32,000 nucleotides of DNA from Vibrio vulnificus CMCP6 (lineage in GTDB: Bacteria > Pseudomonadota > Gammaproteobacteria > Enterobacterales > Vibrionaceae), in contig NC_004459.3 of assembly GCF_000039765.1 (NCBI RefSeq), positions 1,920,001 to 1,952,000 on the forward strand. Direction: 5' to 3'. Within the stretch, counting starts at the first letter, position 1, and each line of letters starts with the position of its first letter. A model generated the notes under the pieces. That model had not been told where the DNA came from. It made no database searches and saw only the letters and a list, made by a program, of their open reading frames with translations. Positions 28,735 to 32,000 of the stretch are shown in pieces. The position numbers were made by a program, and so were the translations under genes.

Positions 28735-29511
28735 ATGATAGTTTGGAGTGTTGCAAATCAAAAAGGTGGTGTTGGTAAAACCACCACCACAGTCACTCTA
28801 GCTGGGCTACTGAGCAAAAAAGGCCATCGTGTTCTTTTGGTTGACACCGATCCACACGCATCACTAACGACCTATCTAGGCTTCGACCCCGATGCGGTCA
28901 CCAGCAGCCTATTTGATCTTTTTCAACTTAAAGAGTTTACGCGTGAAGCGGTTAAACCGTTGTTGTTGAAAACAGATGTGGAAGGGATCGATATCATACC
29001 CGCACACATGTCTTTGGCGACCTTAGACCGAGTGATGGGCAACCGCAGTGGAATGGGCTTAATCTTAAAGCGTGCGTTAATCGCGTTGTCCAAAGATTAT
29101 GACTATGTGCTGATTGATTGTCCGCCAATTCTTGGCGTCATGATGGTCAATGCTCTGGCGGCCAGTGACCGAATCTTAATTCCAGTTCAAACGGAATTCT
29201 TAGCCATGAAAGGCTTAGAGCGAATGATTCGTACGCTCGCGATTATGCAAAAATCGCGTCGAGATCCCTTTAAAGTCACCATTGTGCCAACGATGTACGA
29301 CAAACGCACCAAGGCGTCGTTACAAACATTAACGCAGCTTAAGAAAGATTACCCAAATCAAGTTTGGACATCGGCGGTGCCCATTGACACCAAGTTCAGA
29401 GACGCGAGCTTAAAACGTTTACCCGCTTCGCATTTTGCAGAAGGAAGCCGCGGGGTATTTGCCTACAAACAATTGCTGATTTACTTAGAGAGGTTAGCGA
29501 TTGATGAGTAG
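28735..29511 (+). CDS. parC: ParA/Soj-like ATPase (ParC), polar chemosensory array positioning
   Basis: 258 aa; MIVWSVANQKGGVGKTTTTVTLAGLLSKKG, LVDTDPHASLTTYLG; between cheB and CheW-like genes as in Vibrio. Confidence 0.9.
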   Translation: MIVWSVANQKGGVGKTTTTVTLAGLLSKKGHRVLLVDTDPHASLTTYLGFDPDAVTSSLFDLFQLKEFTREAVKPLLLKTDVEGIDIIPAHMSLATLDRVMGNRSGMGLILKRALIALSKDYDYVLIDCPPILGVMMVNALAASDRILIPVQTEFLAMKGLERMIRTLAIMQKSRRDPFKVTIVPTMYDKRTKASLQTLTQLKKDYPNQVWTSAVPIDTKFRDASLKRLPASHFAEGSRGVFAYKQLLIYLERLAIDE

Positions 29512-30574
29512 CAAAGAAGCGGTGTTATCCAGTGAAAAAGCGTTAGATGATTACTTCAGCGCACTCTTAGACGAAGAGCAAGAGCTGGAGCTTATTGTTG
29601 AAGAGGATGAGCAGACTGCCGATTGGTCAGGGGCATCTTACGAACCAGAACTGCAAATCAAGTATTCAGAGCCAGAGTCTTATAGCTATGCCGAAACAGA
29701 GCTAAAAGAATTTGAAGCACCGAATCTGGAAGATGTTGAACGCTTACTCAGTCAACTTGAGTCAACCAATGTCGTTGACGAATTGGGTATCGACGAAATT
29801 TTGGCGCAGAACACCGCGTCCATCGCTGAGCTTCAGCAAGAAACCAGTCAGGTTGCCGAAGACGTCGCTGTCATCGAAGAAGAACCTGTCGCCATCTTGG
29901 AAGAGGAAATCCAAGATTGGACAGTAGAAACCGAGGTGGTTGAAGAGATTCAGGATTGGCAAGTCGATGTCGAGGAGCCAGAAATTGCGCCTGTCGAGAT
30001 CGAACCTGAAGTTGAAACCATTGAGGCTGAAGTAGAGCAAATCGCCGAAGACGTTCAGGTTGAGTTAGAAACGCAAACGTCTGCTAGTGAACAGAAAGAT
30101 TGGACGTCGACTCAACGAGATATCGCTTTCCAAGTGCTCTATTTTGACGTCAACAGCGTCACCTTTGCTGTTCCGTTGGATGAGTTGGGTGGCATCCATC
30201 AACTGACACAGTTGAACCACTTAATCGGCAGGCCGGGTTGGTACCTAGGCTTGCAAACCAATCGGGATCAGCAACTGGATGTGGTTGATACGGCACGTTG
30301 GGTCATGCCAGACAAACTGGCTGATGAAGAATACAAATCGAACTATCAATATATTGTCATGCTAGGTAATAGCATGTGGGGTTTAGCCAGCAATAAGTTG
30401 CTGGGCACTGAGCTTCTTTATCCAGAAAAAGTGCGTTGGCGCGAGCAATCGGGTAAGCGTCCTTGGCTTGCTGGCATGGTGAAAGAGAAAATGTGTGCTT
30501 TAATTCATGTAGACGCATTAATTTCCATGCTAAATGCCGGGCTGGATGTAAAATCATTAAATTCAGAATTTTGA
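29504..30574 (+). CDS. parP: CheW-domain protein ParP-like, coupling array to ParC
   Basis: Acidic N-terminal ~200 aa then CheW-like C-terminal domain (FQVLYFDVNSVTFAVPLDELGGIHQLTQLNHLIGRPGWYLG); ATG 29504 overlaps parC stop. Confidence 0.85.
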   Translation: MSSKEAVLSSEKALDDYFSALLDEEQELELIVEEDEQTADWSGASYEPELQIKYSEPESYSYAETELKEFEAPNLEDVERLLSQLESTNVVDELGIDEILAQNTASIAELQQETSQVAEDVAVIEEEPVAILEEEIQDWTVETEVVEEIQDWQVDVEEPEIAPVEIEPEVETIEAEVEQIAEDVQVELETQTSASEQKDWTSTQRDIAFQVLYFDVNSVTFAVPLDELGGIHQLTQLNHLIGRPGWYLGLQTNRDQQLDVVDTARWVMPDKLADEEYKSNYQYIVMLGNSMWGLASNKLLGTELLYPEKVRWREQSGKRPWLAGMVKEKMCALIHVDALISMLNAGLDVKSLNSEF

Positions 30575-30606
30575 GAAGTCGGGAACGACATTAACGAGGA
30601 TTAGCC

Positions 30607-31101
30607 ATGTCTCATTCTAACGAAGTAGAAGTTAAAAAAGATCACACAAATGATGAAGTACTTCAGTGGGTGACGTTCCAGCTGGAAGAAGAAACTTACG
30701 GCATTAACGTAATGCAAGTTCGTGAAGTGCTTCGTTATACAGAAATTGCACCTGTTCCGGGCGCGCCAGATTACGTTTTAGGCATCATCAACCTACGTGG
30801 TAACGTCGTAACGGTTATCGATACACGTTCTCGTTTTGGTTTGATGGAAGGTGAAGTGACAGACAACACCCGTATCATCGTGATTGAATCTGAGCATCAA
30901 GTGATTGGTATCTTAGTCGATAGTGTTGCGGAAGTGGTTTACCTACGTTCATCTGAAATTGACTCGACGCCTTCTGTGGGCACAGACGAAAGCGCGAAAT
31001 TCATCCAAGGTGTAAGCAACCGTGACGGCAAACTATTGATTCTAGTTGACCTTAACAAGCTACTGACCGACGAAGAATGGGATGAAATGGCTCATCTATA
31101 A
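30607..31101 (+). CDS. cheW: Chemotaxis coupling protein CheW
   Basis: 164 aa; LQWVTFQLEEETYGINVMQVREVLRYTEIAPVPGAPDYVLGIINLRGNVVTVIDTR. Confidence 0.97.
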   Translation: MSHSNEVEVKKDHTNDEVLQWVTFQLEEETYGINVMQVREVLRYTEIAPVPGAPDYVLGIINLRGNVVTVIDTRSRFGLMEGEVTDNTRIIVIESEHQVIGILVDSVAEVVYLRSSEIDSTPSVGTDESAKFIQGVSNRDGKLLILVDLNKLLTDEEWDEMAHL

Positions 31102-31601
31102 TGGTTGAGATGTTTTCTAATAGTCCAGCGTTGCTTGTCGGTGTTGGACTTTTCGTCTTACTGTTGTTGGTTGTGCTTCAGCTACGGATAAAAGCGACGT
31201 TGCAAGCGCGTTTGGATAGCCAAGGGCAGAAGCTGCGTAGCAGCGAGAAAGAGTTACAAAAAGCGAACAAGCAGCTATTAGAAGTGAGATCGGTTGTTAT
31301 CGGTTTAGGCCAACGCGTCAGTGAGCAACAAGAGATCATTCAACACTTAACAGAGCGCGTGGTTGAGCTTGAGCAAGCGGATACCGACGGGCGTTTGTAT
31401 ACTCGAGCCAGCAAAATGGTTCAACTTGGCGCAGACGTCAACGAACTGATTAAAGAGTGCGAACTGCCAAAAGCAGAAGCCGAGTTGATGCTTTCTCTGC
31501 AAAAGAAAATTGCAGGTAAAGAGAAAATTCCACCGCTAAGCAGCCAATTGTCGGACTTAGACGAAACGGCAGCAAAAAAAGCACCGACGCGTCGCCGATA
31601 G
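31101..31601 (+). CDS. DUF2802-type single-TM protein of uncertain function
   Basis: 166 aa; N-terminal TM then coiled-coil and VQLGADVNELIKECELPKAEAELMLSL helix-turn-helix-like end; TAATG overlap with cheW. Confidence 0.8.
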   Translation: MVEMFSNSPALLVGVGLFVLLLLVVLQLRIKATLQARLDSQGQKLRSSEKELQKANKQLLEVRSVVIGLGQRVSEQQEIIQHLTERVVELEQADTDGRLYTRASKMVQLGADVNELIKECELPKAEAELMLSLQKKIAGKEKIPPLSSQLSDLDETAAKKAPTRRR

Positions 31602-31625
31602 TGTGATTTAAACAGTTAGAGAGAC

Positions 31626-31653
31626 AAAAAGAAGCTTCGGCTTCTTTTTTTTT
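31626..31653 (+). terminator. Strong Rho-independent terminator of the che operon
   Basis: AAAAAGAAGC-TTCG-GCTTCTTTTT with 9 or more T following GCTTC. Confidence 0.93.
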
Positions 31654-31836
31654 GTATTTGGCCAAAAACGGCCATTTCTCCATGATTCATGCATCTGAAG
31701 GAATAGAGGTGGAAAGTTCAAGGAACTCAATAAAATTGAGAGACTTATCACTCTATAGAGGTAAATTTAAATAAATGTGATAACAGGTTAACAAATTCTC
31801 ACCAACTGACAAACATAGAGGCTTTGTTATCCTGTC

Positions 31837-31865
31837 TTGTCACTTATTAGGTGTGTTAATATACC
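31837..31865 (+). promoter_or_regulatory. Candidate sigma70 promoter of the ccm operon
   Basis: TTGTCA (31837-31842), 17 nt spacer, TATACC (31860-31865), upstream of the ccmA start. Confidence 0.45.
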
Positions 31866-31893
31866 CCTCTAATTTGTGTCGCTATGAATCCTT

Positions 31894-32000
31894 ATGCTAG
31901 AAGTATCCAATTTAACTGCTATTCGCGATGAACGCGTCCTTTTTGAAAATCTTCAGTTTGAAATCAAACCCGGTGAGTTGGTGCAGATTGAAGGTCGAAA
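31894..32000 (+). CDS. ccmA: 5' end of cytochrome c biogenesis ATP-binding export protein CcmA; continues beyond the window
   Basis: [35 protein letters not shown]; open to the window end; not in supplied ORF track because truncated. Confidence 0.85.
   Translation, partial: MLEVSNLTAIRDERVLFENLQFEIKPGELVQIEGR

Noticed and set aside
1-32000. Search for mobile elements, toxin-antitoxin pairs, defence genes, tRNA/rRNA or a novel multi-gene system
   Set aside because: All sizeable + strand ORFs are accounted for by flagellar, chemotaxis and ccm genes in a known order; no insertion, recombinase or atypical cargo is visible.

Overview
This window is a near-complete, co-linear (all + strand) polar flagellar and chemotaxis locus of Vibrionaceae type. 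The genus-level call is by family recognition; no database search was run. Gene order: 3' end of flaI-like gene, fliS, flrA, flrB, flrC, fliE, fliF, fliG, fliH, fliI, fliJ, fliK, fliL, fliM, fliN, fliO, fliP, fliQ, fliR, flhB, flhA, flhF, flhG, fliA, cheY, cheZ, cheA, cheB, parC (ParA-like), parP (CheW-like), cheW, a DUF2802-type membrane protein, then a terminator and the 5' end of ccmA. I see no mobile element, CRISPR array, rRNA or tRNA, and no credible undescribed defence or biosynthetic system. The points worth a second look are: (a) three well-formed sigma54 -24/-12 sites upstream of flrB, fliE and flhA, and a fourth sigma54-like match before fliK that coincides with a terminator-like hairpin; (b) a FliM/CheZ-like acidic helix peptide ([ST]QDExxxLL) repeated three times in the CheA linker where a P2 domain would be expected; (c) a hairpin plus T-rich terminator-like element between fliG and fliH; (d) structured DNA/RNA in the cheY-cheZ gap; (e) the ParC/ParP/DUF2802 accessory genes; (f) several start codons in the ORF track that look too far upstream.
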